A stretch of 64,000 nucleotides of DNA from the NCBI GenBank assembly GCA_977020255.1, contig CDROCS010006288.1, positions 1 through 64,000 on the forward strand, given 5' to 3'. Within the stretch, counting starts at the first letter, position 1, and every line of letters starts with the position of its first letter. The notes below the pieces were generated by a model. That model was not told the origin of the DNA. It did no database searches and saw only the letters and a program-made list of their open reading frames with translations. The position numbers were made by a program, and so were the translations under genes. The DNA is from Obrimoposthia wandeli. Lineage: Eukaryota. Below are positions 1-9,614 of the stretch, piece after piece.

Positions 1-191
1 ATGCGCTGAGCAATAACCTCTCTTGAAACCAACGAACCGGCATCGTTCATAAGTACAGCCAGTAGATTAAACTCTAATCCAGTCGTCGTAACCGACTTAC
101 CTAAAAACAGCACAGAACGATTTAAAAAATTTAACTCAACTTGGGCAATGAGCATTTTGTCTGGGGTTACGTGTTTTTCTGTTGTTAACAT
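1..191 (-). CDS. Winged-helix (OmpR/PhoB C-terminal type) DNA-binding protein, 3' end runs out of the window
   Basis: Hand translation from ATG at 191: MLTTEKHVTPDKMLIAQVELNFLNRSVLFLGKSVTTTGLEFNLLAVLMNDAGSLVSREVIAQR. The 'T..EFNLL..LM...G..VSRE' pattern is typical of Trans_reg_C. Not in the ORF track because it is truncated by the window edge. Confidence 0.7.
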   Translation of the reverse strand, partial: MLTTEKHVTPDKMLIAQVELNFLNRSVLFLGKSVTTTGLEFNLLAVLMNDAGSLVSREVIAQR

Positions 192-196
192 GCGGC

Positions 197-1818
197 TTAC
201 TCTGATTCTTGTTCTTGATCAGGAGTTTGAGTAAACATTGTTGTTTTATAGCCCGTGGGCGAATCTTCACTTGTTTCAAGTATTAAAAATTGTTCTTTGG
301 ATTGCTCATTCAGTATTAATTCAAATGAACTTAAAATGATTGAACTACCATTGTCCTCAGCAACAACAAAAACTTGATAACTGTTGTTTTTTAAAAAGAT
401 TGAATTGGTGCTTTTGTAGTTTATTTCACGGTTATAAGTGGCAGAGTCTATGATTTCATCTTGTCTAACAAAATAAACAGCTACTTGGGAGAAATCATCA
501 GATTGAATTAAGTTAACTATTTCAATTTCATGCTCGTAAATACTGGTCAGTGAACTATTTTCAACCATTAAAGAGAATAGGTTAACTTCAATTTCATCAA
601 TAATGCCATCACCATTTTCATCGATGTTACCATCGTTATCGGTATCGATATATTCTTGCTCAGCATAGAAAAACAGGGTTTTATTGGTGTTTTCAACTAA
701 AGATAATAAATGATTACTGAGTAACGGGATATTGTTCTCAGTATTGGTGAGATCTACGCTGTAGTCACCACTTGCTAAGATTAGTGCATTACTCACTTCA
801 CCATAGGGCAGAAAAGCAATCGCAGGGTTATCATCTACACCGTTAATATGTAATGCAAAAGCTTGTTGGTAGTTACTTAGTAACTCATGATTAGCAACGG
901 CATTATAAGCGGCCAAATGTGCTCCAGCTTATCGTTCATATTAAGTTAATAACGTAGAGTTCGACATTTATCTTAAAGCACATAAGGCAGATGTGCCCGC
1001 AATCAGCTGCGTTATCTCTCAAGCATCATAATATTCTGAGAGCTATAAGCAAAAGGGATACTACTTGATGTGAATAACACCTCATCGCTACCTGCCTTTG
1101 TGATATAAAAAATATAATCATCTTGGTCAAGTTTTTGATTATCGGATAATTGCTGATAACTGTATTGACCAACTAAAGTGGCTTCAGTAAAACTTTCATT
1201 GTCCTTAGAGAGATAAAAATCTACAGCTTGCTGGTTTGAATGCATATTTAGCACCCTAAGATTAAAAAAAAGATCAAGCCAATAGTGTCATCGTCATCAT
1301 CGTAATTTCAACAGGGATACCAAAGAGATGAAATGCTGACGCCAAGTACTCATCATGGCGGATAGTATCTTCAGCTAAAACGATGCTGTCATCTCATATA
1401 AACAACGATGTAGATCACGGTCGCAGAGCTGTCATCATCTTGCCAAGCTAACTGATAGTAATAATCTTGGCTTGTTAAGTTTGATACATTATGGGTAATA
1501 GATACAGCCGAAAAGCGTTTGTTCATAAAAAATGGTCATCATCGTTATCCCTAAAGGGGCGGTTTTCTTACTTCCATGGTCAAATAAATACTGGGTGGGA
1601 GTCTTTCTGATACCAGAGTTTAATTCAGCCCTTCGTCAGCCTTGTGAACTGTCAGTAAGATAAATAATAATAATATGCCTGGCAGCAAAAGCAGCCTTGG
1701 CGCTTCTTGTAGGGTTTATGTCGTCATTTGTTTTCCATAATGTAAAGTTGCAACAATTTGTTGGCGAATGTTATGCAGCAATAGATAGCCACTTTAGGGA
1801 AGTTATTCCCATTCTCAT
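197..1818 (-). pseudogene. Fragmented acidic secreted/lipoprotein gene (DUF4397-like); multiple frameshifts
   Basis: ORF pieces 197..916 and 1012..1254 are joined by protein-like segments in shifting frames. An N-terminal signal-like start (MRMGITSLKWLSIAA*) lies at 1818. The DUF4397 assignment rests on recalled resemblance only. Confidence 0.55.
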
Positions 1819-2022
1819 TAATGTAACCTTTACTTTTCTTTTTTATTTTAGAAAGCAATATGAGTGGCCTCGCGCTTTATTGGTAATAAAGCCTTTTCAG
1901 CAACCTTTTTGTATACGCACTATTTGCATAAAGATTATAATAGGGCCGAAATTTTCAAAGTCCTCTTTGTAGAGAGCGCCGAATAAGCGTTCTTATAAGG
2001 CTTTTATTCTTAAGGTGTAGCA

Positions 2023-3231
2023 GTGATCACAACAGACGTATTAATAATTGGTGCCGGCGCGGCAGGCTTAATGTGTGCAGCTCAAGCAGGCTACCGCGGT
2101 AAAAGCGTTGTTGTGGTTGATATGGGGAAAAAACCCGCTCGAAAAGTATTAATCAGTGGTGGCGGTCGTTGTAATTTCACCAATGAAAATACAAGCCCTG
2201 AAAATTATCTTTGTCAGAATCCACACTTTGCCAAATCTGCATTAAGTCGCTATAGCGCGCAAGACTTCATTGATTTAGTGGATCGCCATGGTTTGAAGTA
2301 TCACCATAAAACACTAGGGCAATTATTTTGTGATGACAGTGCGCAAGACCTAGTTGATATATTGATGACCGAATGTGATTGGGCAGGCGTAAAGCTAGAG
2401 TTGCGCACTGAAGTATTATCGGTCAGCAAAGTAGAAAGCAAGGTTACTGGTGGTGAGGAGCTGGGTTATTTAGTGACTACGAATGACAAAAGCTATCAAT
2501 GTAAATCATTAGTTGTGGCTTCTGGCGGCTTAACTATGCCTAAATTAGGCGCAACACCCATAGGTTATAAAATTGCTGAGCAATTTGATTTAAACGTGCT
2601 GGAAACCCTAGCGGCATTAGTGCCGTTCACCTTGCATGAACACGATAAACAACGTTTTGATGGTTTATCTGGTATTAGCCTATTGACCGAAGTCACCAGT
2701 GAAAATGGTACCTCTTTTAAAGAAAATATTTTATTTACTCACCGTGGTTTATCAGGGCCTGCGATATTACAAATATCGTCTTTTTGGCGTGCAGGACAGG
2801 CAGTTACCATTAACTTATTGCCGGAAACTAACCTTAGTGAAACCTTAATTCAGTGGCAAAGCGATCAAGGGCAGAAGTCGGTGAAAAACCTGCTAGCGAC
2901 CTTATTACCTAAACGCTTTGTTGAAGTTTTGGTTAAAGATGGTGTTATTGCAGATAAACCAATCAAACAACTTAATCATCAAGATATTTCAGCACTAAGT
3001 GACTATTTACATGCGTGGCAGATAAAGCCAAACGGTACTGAAGGCTACCGAACAGCCGAAGTTACTTTAGGTGGTGTCGATACGGATGAAATTTCTTCAA
3101 AAAGCTTTGAAAGTAAAAAACAGCAAGGGCTGTTCTTTATTGGGGAAGTCATTGATGTAACAGGTTGGTTAGGCGGCTACAATTTCCAGTTTTGCTGGGC
3201 TAGTGGATATGCTTGTGGTCAAGCGGTCTAG
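2023..3231 (+). CDS. yhiN: HI0933/YhiN (BaiN-like) family FAD/NAD(P)-dependent flavoprotein
   Basis: GAGAAG dinucleotide motif, KVLISGGGRCNFTN, FTHRGLSGPAIL, AEVTLGGV, GWLGGYNFQ motifs. Confidence 0.9.
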   Translation: MITTDVLIIGAGAAGLMCAAQAGYRGKSVVVVDMGKKPARKVLISGGGRCNFTNENTSPENYLCQNPHFAKSALSRYSAQDFIDLVDRHGLKYHHKTLGQLFCDDSAQDLVDILMTECDWAGVKLELRTEVLSVSKVESKVTGGEELGYLVTTNDKSYQCKSLVVASGGLTMPKLGATPIGYKIAEQFDLNVLETLAALVPFTLHEHDKQRFDGLSGISLLTEVTSENGTSFKENILFTHRGLSGPAILQISSFWRAGQAVTINLLPETNLSETLIQWQSDQGQKSVKNLLATLLPKRFVEVLVKDGVIADKPIKQLNHQDISALSDYLHAWQIKPNGTEGYRTAEVTLGGVDTDEISSKSFESKKQQGLFFIGEVIDVTGWLGGYNFQFCWASGYACGQAV

Positions 3232-3347
3232 TTTGGTTTTAGTAGATGAATTTATTGGAATATTTTTTCGTTAGTTAACGTTTGAAGATATTTTATAAAA
3301 AATTGTAAATAGGCAGATTTAGTCAACAAATTTTTAGGAGAAATAGT

Positions 3348-4196
3348 ATGAAAGTTATACACCTAAATCATCCAATCGATGATCAAGAAAGATCAGAGTT
3401 GCTATTTTCTGGCCATTTATTAGTTTATACCCAACGTGAATCCATGATTGAACTCATTGAATTTACAAAAGCTTTATTAAAGGAACACTTGGGCGAATTA
3501 GATCCAACTCTTGCCCAGCATCAACTGAGTAAAGAATGTTTTTTAAAAGCGACCGGTGCTGCTCAGACCCAATTTCGTCGCAGTGATAAAGCACGACAGT
3601 TATTTTTTCGTGCACTCATTGAATGCGGTATAGACCCAAAGACTTGCTATTATGACCATTTCCCGTTGAGAGTTGTCCCCTTTGCAGAACAACACAAAGG
3701 GGCAGACCGTGCTGCGATTGGTCATCATAGAGATACTTGGGGTAGCAATATTAATTGCCAACAAAATTGGTGGGCCCCTATTTTTGATTTAACAACAGAA
3801 CGTACTATTGCCATCTACCCAGATTACTGGGAAAAACCACTCGCTAATACAACTGCAACGTGGTGTTTTGATACCTTGTTAGAAAAACGAAATGAAGCTC
3901 AAAGGGAGCGTAGTTTCAATTATCCCAGTGCCCCTTCACCCATAGAAAAAGTTAACGAGGACGGGGTATTAAAGCTGATAATCCAGCCAGGAGATGTATT
4001 AAATTTTGCTAGCGCACAGTTACATGCAAGTGTACCAAACACGTCTAGTTCGACACGCTTTAGTGTAGAAATGCGTACTATAAGCGTAGAAGATTTAAAT
4101 ACCAAGCGCCAAGCTCCCAATCTAGATAACGCAGGGACAATACCTATGTATTCATGGTTTAAAAATATTGAAACGAAAAAAGCGCTAGTCTACTAG
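3348..4196 (+). CDS. Hypothetical protein, probable Fe(II)/2-oxoglutarate-dependent dioxygenase fold
   Basis: HRD (HxD) motif, distal His in PGDVLNFASAQLHAS, and C-terminal RFS (RxS); clear RBS (aggag). Confidence 0.55.
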   Translation: MKVIHLNHPIDDQERSELLFSGHLLVYTQRESMIELIEFTKALLKEHLGELDPTLAQHQLSKECFLKATGAAQTQFRRSDKARQLFFRALIECGIDPKTCYYDHFPLRVVPFAEQHKGADRAAIGHHRDTWGSNINCQQNWWAPIFDLTTERTIAIYPDYWEKPLANTTATWCFDTLLEKRNEAQRERSFNYPSAPSPIEKVNEDGVLKLIIQPGDVLNFASAQLHASVPNTSSSTRFSVEMRTISVEDLNTKRQAPNLDNAGTIPMYSWFKNIETKKALVY

Positions 4197-4239
4197 AAGC
4201 GCATATAGTGTAGGTTGCAAGATAGCTCCACTGGTGTGG

Positions 4240-4845
4240 CTAAGAAAAAAAACTTAAAAAAGGCTTACCTTGAGTCGTCATCAACCAGCCTAGCGTTGCG
4301 GTATTAACAAATACAGTGAACCAAAATGCGATCCTAAACTCCTTCTTTTTAGATTTATGCCTAAGTATTTGTTGCGCAATGGCTGCGCCAGGCCATCCTC
4401 CAATTAAGGCTAACAGGTGTAAAGTGCTTTCTTGTGTACGCCATTCGCCTCGCTGTGCTTTTGACTTATCAAAGGCATAGGCGAGAAAAGTAATAATACT
4501 AACGCCTATGTAAATCAGTAATATTTTCTGGGGCAGGTAACCAAGAAAAAAAGCAACAGCTACAAAAGTAATAAATATCAGGGATAGATAAATCGAGAAT
4601 GTACTTATGTTTTTGGTTTGCTTGCTATGTGATTTTTCACCAGAAAAAATAGCCTGATCTGCGCAATATCTACCTTGGTTGTCTTGTATTACTGAGAAGG
4701 TAATAACATCATTGATTTTGGGTATTCTATTTCGATTTTTTAAAGCCGTTTTGTGTATGAAAATAGCATCACCGCCGCCATTTGGCGTAATAAAGCCAAA
4801 GGCTTTGTCGGCATTCCATTTAACGAACTTTCCTTTCAAACGCAT
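4240..4845 (-). CDS. Cold-shock domain + DUF1294 membrane domain fusion protein
   Basis: N-terminal KGKFVKWNADKAFGFI...FIH (CSD RNP motifs); C-terminal AYAFDKSKAQRGEWRTQESTLHLLALIGGWPGA...RHK (DUF1294). Confidence 0.85.
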   Translation of the reverse strand: MRLKGKFVKWNADKAFGFITPNGGGDAIFIHKTALKNRNRIPKINDVITFSVIQDNQGRYCADQAIFSGEKSHSKQTKNISTFSIYLSLIFITFVAVAFFLGYLPQKILLIYIGVSIITFLAYAFDKSKAQRGEWRTQESTLHLLALIGGWPGAAIAQQILRHKSKKKEFRIAFWFTVFVNTATLGWLMTTQGKPFLSFFS

Positions 4846-4879
4846 ATTATCTTCCTTGATTTAGTGTGCAGTATTTATT

Positions 4880-6126
4880 TTATGAGATGAGACCTTTCAG
4901 CGCGATAAACACTGTACTTGTTCTATCTTGCTCAGCACAAATACTCAGTAAGTCGTCGATAAAGTGGTTTAACGCTCTGTGCTCTATTTGTTGAACATTT
5001 TCTTGCTGTGCGGGGGTGAGCATTTGATAGCTAGTCGCAGCACCAAAATCGCCAAAAATGATATTACCTTGAGCATCAAATAAGGTGTTATGAGCGTATA
5101 AGTCACCGTGACATACCTGATTTTTATGTAAGTGCGCGAACACATCTTGCATCTGGCTAACGATGTTACTAATAAGCGTAATGGGTAAACTGAAACCTTG
5201 CGGGAAGGTATCTCGAGTGCAGCTATTAAAGCAAGGAGGTAAACCAAGGTTTTGGTAATTTTCAGGGATCAGAGTCATGATTAACGCAAGGTAGTTTTCT
5301 TCATTTACTTGCGCTAATGATTCTACTAGATTTGAGTGATAGCCTACTTGTAAGCAAGCTTGTAATTCATCTTGCGGGTAACCATCACTGGTAATTTCAC
5401 CTTTAAATACTTTTACTGCAATATCTTCAGGAAATTGTGATTGTGGTGTATTCCAATGTGCCTTTGAAATAACACCCGAAGCGCCCTGACCTAATACATT
5501 TAAGGTGTGCTTGTTGATGATGTTCAATAGAACGGACTTAACTTTTGGCGTTAGTTTGCCAGCAACTGCTTAAATGGGTTGCCAGCAGTTAAAAACCGGC
5601 CACCTGGCAGGTTCAATAATTGTTCAGGGCATTGTGTTAGTTTATTAGCAGAAATACGTACGAGCTCCAAATTATGGGCTTGCGCTAATGTTTGCGGTAA
5701 ATGTGTTAACTGGTTCCCCGCCAATGCTAACTTTTGTAATCTCGGTCGCTCACCTAAACTATTTGGTAAAGTTTCAATTAAGTTATCTGTTAAAATCAAC
5801 CAACGCAATTGAGTAGGTAATGAATGTTCCGCTACTTGTTTTATTTGGTTCGATTTAAAGCCAACCATTTCAAGGTTTGGTAACTGTCCTAATACTTCGG
5901 GCAAGTGTTCAAATTTATTCTGTGAAGCGAAAATAATTTTTAGTTTTGTCGTGCTGCGCCAACTCACTTGGTAGTATGATAAAAAGCATTATTAGGATAA
6001 GTTTTGATTCAAGCTGCTTCAGCAAGTTAAAATTTCAATGGGAATGTGTCAGATTTTCGATAATTTTAATTGCCACGCCAGCGAGTTCGCCAAGCGAAGT
6101 TTGAGAAAAAGCGGGTAGCGCAACAT
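4880..6126 (-). pseudogene. Leucine-rich-repeat + Ser/Thr protein kinase-like gene, frameshifted
   Basis: 5551..5967 holds LRRs (LPEVLGQLPNLEMV, LRWLILTDNLIETLP). 4880..5527 holds kinase motifs LGQGASG, IAVK, HGDLYAHN, DFG. Further LRR-like fragments run in shifting frames up to an ATG near 6126. Confidence 0.7.
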
Positions 6127-6259
6127 AAAGCGTCCGTAGATATGATTAAAAACGGCGCTAGTGTACAAGAAATTTTTCGTTAAAGCTTGGGCTATTGATC
6201 AATGGTTTTAATCAATTTACATGTGGAAATAATTTCTTTTGACAATGAAATTAAGGATT

Positions 6260-6562
6260 TTACTTCTTTTGGTATTTAGGATGTAATCTCAAATAATCAC
6301 ACCAAACACTAAAATTAGTATGGTTGTAACGGATATCTGTTGCGGTAAACCATCTTGAATATCCAATGGCTTGGAGACGAAACAATACTTTATTACCATC
6401 AATGGCAACATGACAAATTAAGTTTTCCATTGTGTCGTTGCTTACTTGAACTTGGGTAAAACCGTTGGCGTTACGTTGATGTTTCACTGTTATTTTGGGC
6501 ATAGCTAATGCACTAACAGAAAATAATAATGCAGTGATTAAAGCGAATACTTTTATAACCAT
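6260..6562 (-). CDS. Small secreted hypothetical protein
   Basis: 100-aa ORF with Sec signal peptide (…SVSALA|MPK) and two Cys. Confidence 0.65.
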   Translation of the reverse strand: MVIKVFALITALLFSVSALAMPKITVKHQRNANGFTQVQVSNDTMENLICHVAIDGNKVLFRLQAIGYSRWFTATDIRYNHTNFSVWCDYLRLHPKYQKK

Positions 6563-6728
6563 CGTTGTATTTTTTGTATCATTTAGAAAATAATGTGAAG
6601 TTTAGCATTGAAAGCTAATTAAGTGTCTCCATAACTTATAACAACGCAGTAATTTCATTCTAGTTATTGCAATTCAATAACAATATTAAAAAAGATGCTC
6701 CATAAAAGCATTTACAAGAGATAAAGTA

Positions 6729-7508
6729 ATGGCTAATTTCGTCCCTGTTAGAAAAGAACAACATCAAAATCTTAAACTTGCTAGCAAGCGCGATCTTGCA
6801 CATGTTGCTGGTCAACACATTGTTTCATTAACCGCTGCTGAATATGCGCAAGCATCAGCAAGTTTTCCTGTAGTGTTGGTTAAAAACCCAGATTCACCAC
6901 GTTACCGTAGTGTTGCTATGTTGGGTTTAGAAGCAGGCGAGAACTTATATTATAAAGATGATAAATGGAGTGCTTTATCATTACCACAAAGTGTTGGTAT
7001 GGCACCATTTGCTTTAGGTCTAGATCCTGACAAAGAAAATACTCTAACAGCCTGTGTTGATATAGATAGTACTTTAGTTGCTGAAGATAAAGAGCTTGCA
7101 TTATTTGAAGCAGACGGAAAAGAATCAGAGTTATTAGCTAACGTACAAAATTCATTAGGTCGTTTATATGAAAATGAAAAAATGACTGAAAATTTTATTA
7201 AAGAACTTGAAGAAAATGATTTATTACAAGAGCTTGAATTAAATATTGATTTGAGTAATGGCGAAAAGAAAAAACTTACCGGTATCTTCACTGTTAACGA
7301 AGACAAAGTGAAAACATTAGCCGATGATAAAGTACTAGATTTCCATAAACGTGGCTTATTTGTCCCAATTTATGCGATGTTAGGTTCTTTAGGTCAAATC
7401 AACCGTTTAGTTCAATTGCGTAACCTAACAAGTAACGCTCCAATTACCAGTATCCAAATCGCACCATTAGCTAAAGAAGAAGTACAAGAAGGCGTTGCAG
7501 AGAGTTAA
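6729..7508 (+). CDS. SapC family protein
   Basis: HQNLKL, EYAQASASFPVV, AMLGLEAGENLY, YAMLGSLGQINRL pattern typical of SapC (PF07277-like); RBS and terminator present. Confidence 0.8.
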   Translation: MANFVPVRKEQHQNLKLASKRDLAHVAGQHIVSLTAAEYAQASASFPVVLVKNPDSPRYRSVAMLGLEAGENLYYKDDKWSALSLPQSVGMAPFALGLDPDKENTLTACVDIDSTLVAEDKELALFEADGKESELLANVQNSLGRLYENEKMTENFIKELEENDLLQELELNIDLSNGEKKKLTGIFTVNEDKVKTLADDKVLDFHKRGLFVPIYAMLGSLGQINRLVQLRNLTSNAPITSIQIAPLAKEEVQEGVAES

Positions 7509-7549
7509 TTTACCTGTCGTTTTGACCGTAAAAAATTATAAATAATAAT

Positions 7550-7573
7550 AAAAGGGGCTTTTGCCCCTTTTTT
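7550..7573 (+). terminator. Rho-independent terminator
   Basis: aaaaggggc-tttt-gcccctttttt. Confidence 0.85.
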
Positions 7574-7670
7574 GTTGCTTTTTTGTTAAAAAAAATTACT
7601 TTTCATATTCCTGTGATGATGTACCTGTGATAATTTAGAAGCAGTAGCGATTTATAATAATGAGAATAAT

Positions 7671-9599
7671 ATGGTCGATAAAAGTACATTTTCTAAGGAT
7701 GTTGAAGAACAAATCCAAAGTTTGGCTAGTGACATTTACATTCAAGTGGAAGATAAATTAACTCACTTGATAGCTTCTGCAGTTAAGACGGAAATGAGTA
7801 AAAATACTGATCAACAAAGCCAATATCTATCAGAGAAAGAACAATCATTACAAAAGAACTTTGCTGAAAAACAACAATCACAACTGAATGAAGTTACACA
7901 GCTTAAACACGCGTTAGCTGAGAAACAGGCAGATGAAGCAACAAATAAGCAAAATTTCCAGGTAGAACTCACTCAAAACACTATTAATTACAGTGAGACC
8001 ATAGAGTGCTTGGAAAAAGAAATTGTTAATTTAAAGCAGCAAGAAACACAACAACAAGATAAAAAGCAAAGCAGTAATAATAAGTTAGACGAAAAGCTAC
8101 TGGAAACAGAACAAAATCTTAATGATAAAAATCAAGAGATTGACGGCTTAAATGGTCGGATTATGGTGTTAACTGAACAAGAGCAAAGTTTAACGACACA
8201 ACTTACGGTTGCTAAAGAAAAAATTCATCTAAACGAAAAGCAACAGAGCGAAGCGGTAACAGCTATTAAAAGCCAAGCTGAAGCGACAGCCAAACAACAA
8301 ATTGATGCGTTAACTAAAAAATTACAACTAAATGAAAAACAGCAGAGTGAAGCGGTTATAGCTATTAAAAGCCAAACTGAAGCGACAGCTAAACAACAAA
8401 TTGATGTGTTAACTGAAAAATTACAGCTAAATGAAAAGCAGCAAAGCGAAGCGGTAATAACGATTAAAAGCCAAACTGAAGCGACAGCCAAGCAACAAAT
8501 CGATGTGTTAACAGAAAAACTTCGGAAACTCGAAAATGATAGTGCTCGTATTCAAGCTGAAGCGCTGCAAAGTAGTGACAGTAAAGTCAAAGGCTTAGAA
8601 CAGAAAATATCTCAGTTAGCAGAGCAAGCTCAACAGGAACAGAGCGGCAAAGCTGAGTTACAACAGCAATTATCAGCACAACAAAAATCAATTGATACAG
8701 AGCAAGATAAAAACAAACAAGCAGAACAAAAAAGCCAAGACTTTCAAGCACAAATTATTAAGCTAACTGAACAGGCATCCATTGATAAACAGCGACTTCT
8801 TGATGAAATAAAGTCAATCAATGAAAGTGCAGAACAAATTAAACAACAACACCTTGATGAGAAAAAAGCAATCAATGAAGGTGTAGAACAAATTAAACAA
8901 CAACACCTTGATGAGAAAAAAGCAATTAATGAGGGTGCGGAACAAATTAAACAACAACACCTTGATGAGAAAAAAGCAATTAATGAGGGTGCGGAACAAA
9001 TTAAACAACAACACCTTGATGAGAAAAAAGCAATTAATGAGGGTGCGGAACAAGTAAAACAGCGACACCTTGATGAGATCAAAGCAATTAATGAGGGTGC
9101 GGAACAAGTAAAACAGCGACACCTTGACGAGATCAAAGCAATTAATGAGGGTGTGGAACAAGTAAAACAGTTACATCTTGATGAAATAAAAATAATTAAC
9201 GAGAATGCTGAACAAACGAAACAATTGCAAGCAACCGCGCAGCAAAACATTATTGAACTAGAAAAAACTAACGAGCAACTTAGCAGTAAATTAGCAATTG
9301 AACAAAATGATATAAAATTATATCAGCAAGAAGTTACAGTGCTTAATGAGCAAGTGAAGGTTGCCCAAGAAGGGCAAGAAAATATCTTGCAACGCTTTAA
9401 TAAGAATCGAGATAAACAAGAAACAGAAAATAATAAAGTGCGAGAAACTATTAAATTCTTACGCGATGAGAATCATCAGTTAATCACTGATCACGGTGAG
9501 CAAAAGACTCAGTTTGACGATCAAACAAGTGAGTTGGAGCATAAGTTGACCGAATATCGATTGAAATTCGAGTATGCTCAGAAGCAATTAACCAGTTAG
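7671..9599 (+). CDS. Long coiled-coil protein with internal tandem repeats
   Basis: 642 aa, Q/E/K-rich, almost no Pro, no signal peptide or TM segment; 33-aa and 18-aa repeat blocks. Confidence 0.8.
   Translation: MVDKSTFSKDVEEQIQSLASDIYIQVEDKLTHLIASAVKTEMSKNTDQQSQYLSEKEQSLQKNFAEKQQSQLNEVTQLKHALAEKQADEATNKQNFQVELTQNTINYSETIECLEKEIVNLKQQETQQQDKKQSSNNKLDEKLLETEQNLNDKNQEIDGLNGRIMVLTEQEQSLTTQLTVAKEKIHLNEKQQSEAVTAIKSQAEATAKQQIDALTKKLQLNEKQQSEAVIAIKSQTEATAKQQIDVLTEKLQLNEKQQSEAVITIKSQTEATAKQQIDVLTEKLRKLENDSARIQAEALQSSDSKVKGLEQKISQLAEQAQQEQSGKAELQQQLSAQQKSIDTEQDKNKQAEQKSQDFQAQIIKLTEQASIDKQRLLDEIKSINESAEQIKQQHLDEKKAINEGVEQIKQQHLDEKKAINEGAEQIKQQHLDEKKAINEGAEQIKQQHLDEKKAINEGAEQVKQRHLDEIKAINEGAEQVKQRHLDEIKAINEGVEQVKQLHLDEIKIINENAEQTKQLQATAQQNIIELEKTNEQLSSKLAIEQNDIKLYQQEVTVLNEQVKVAQEGQENILQRFNKNRDKQETENNKVRETIKFLRDENHQLITDHGEQKTQFDDQTSELEHKLTEYRLKFEYAQKQLTS
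8229..8525 (+). repeat. Coding tandem repeat, 3 x 99 bp (33 aa)
   Basis: Units start at 8229, 8328 and 8427: LNEKQQSEAV.[AT]IKSQ.EATAKQQID.LT.KL. Confidence 0.9.
8775..9206 (+). repeat. Coding tandem repeat, about 8 x 54 bp (18 aa)
   Basis: AEQIKQQHLDEKKAINEG units at 8829, 8883, 8937, 8991, 9045, 9099 and 9153, plus a degenerate unit at 8775. Confidence 0.9.
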
Positions 9600-9614
9600 T
9601 TGATTCGATATCTA

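Noticed and set aside
1697-1972. 91-aa plus-strand ORF
   Set aside because: It is antisense to the 5' end of the fragmented DUF4397-like gene and the promoter region, with no RBS or recognisable motif
8829-9206. 54-bp repeat array as a possible CRISPR
   Set aside because: The units are contiguous with no unique spacers, are in frame within a CDS, and no cas genes are present
8225-9250. Cys-rich repetitive minus-strand ORFs (8225..8491, 8744..9250, 8814..9161)
   Set aside because: They are shadow frames of the coiled-coil repeats (CAA/CAG codons read as TTG/CTG/TGC on the other strand)
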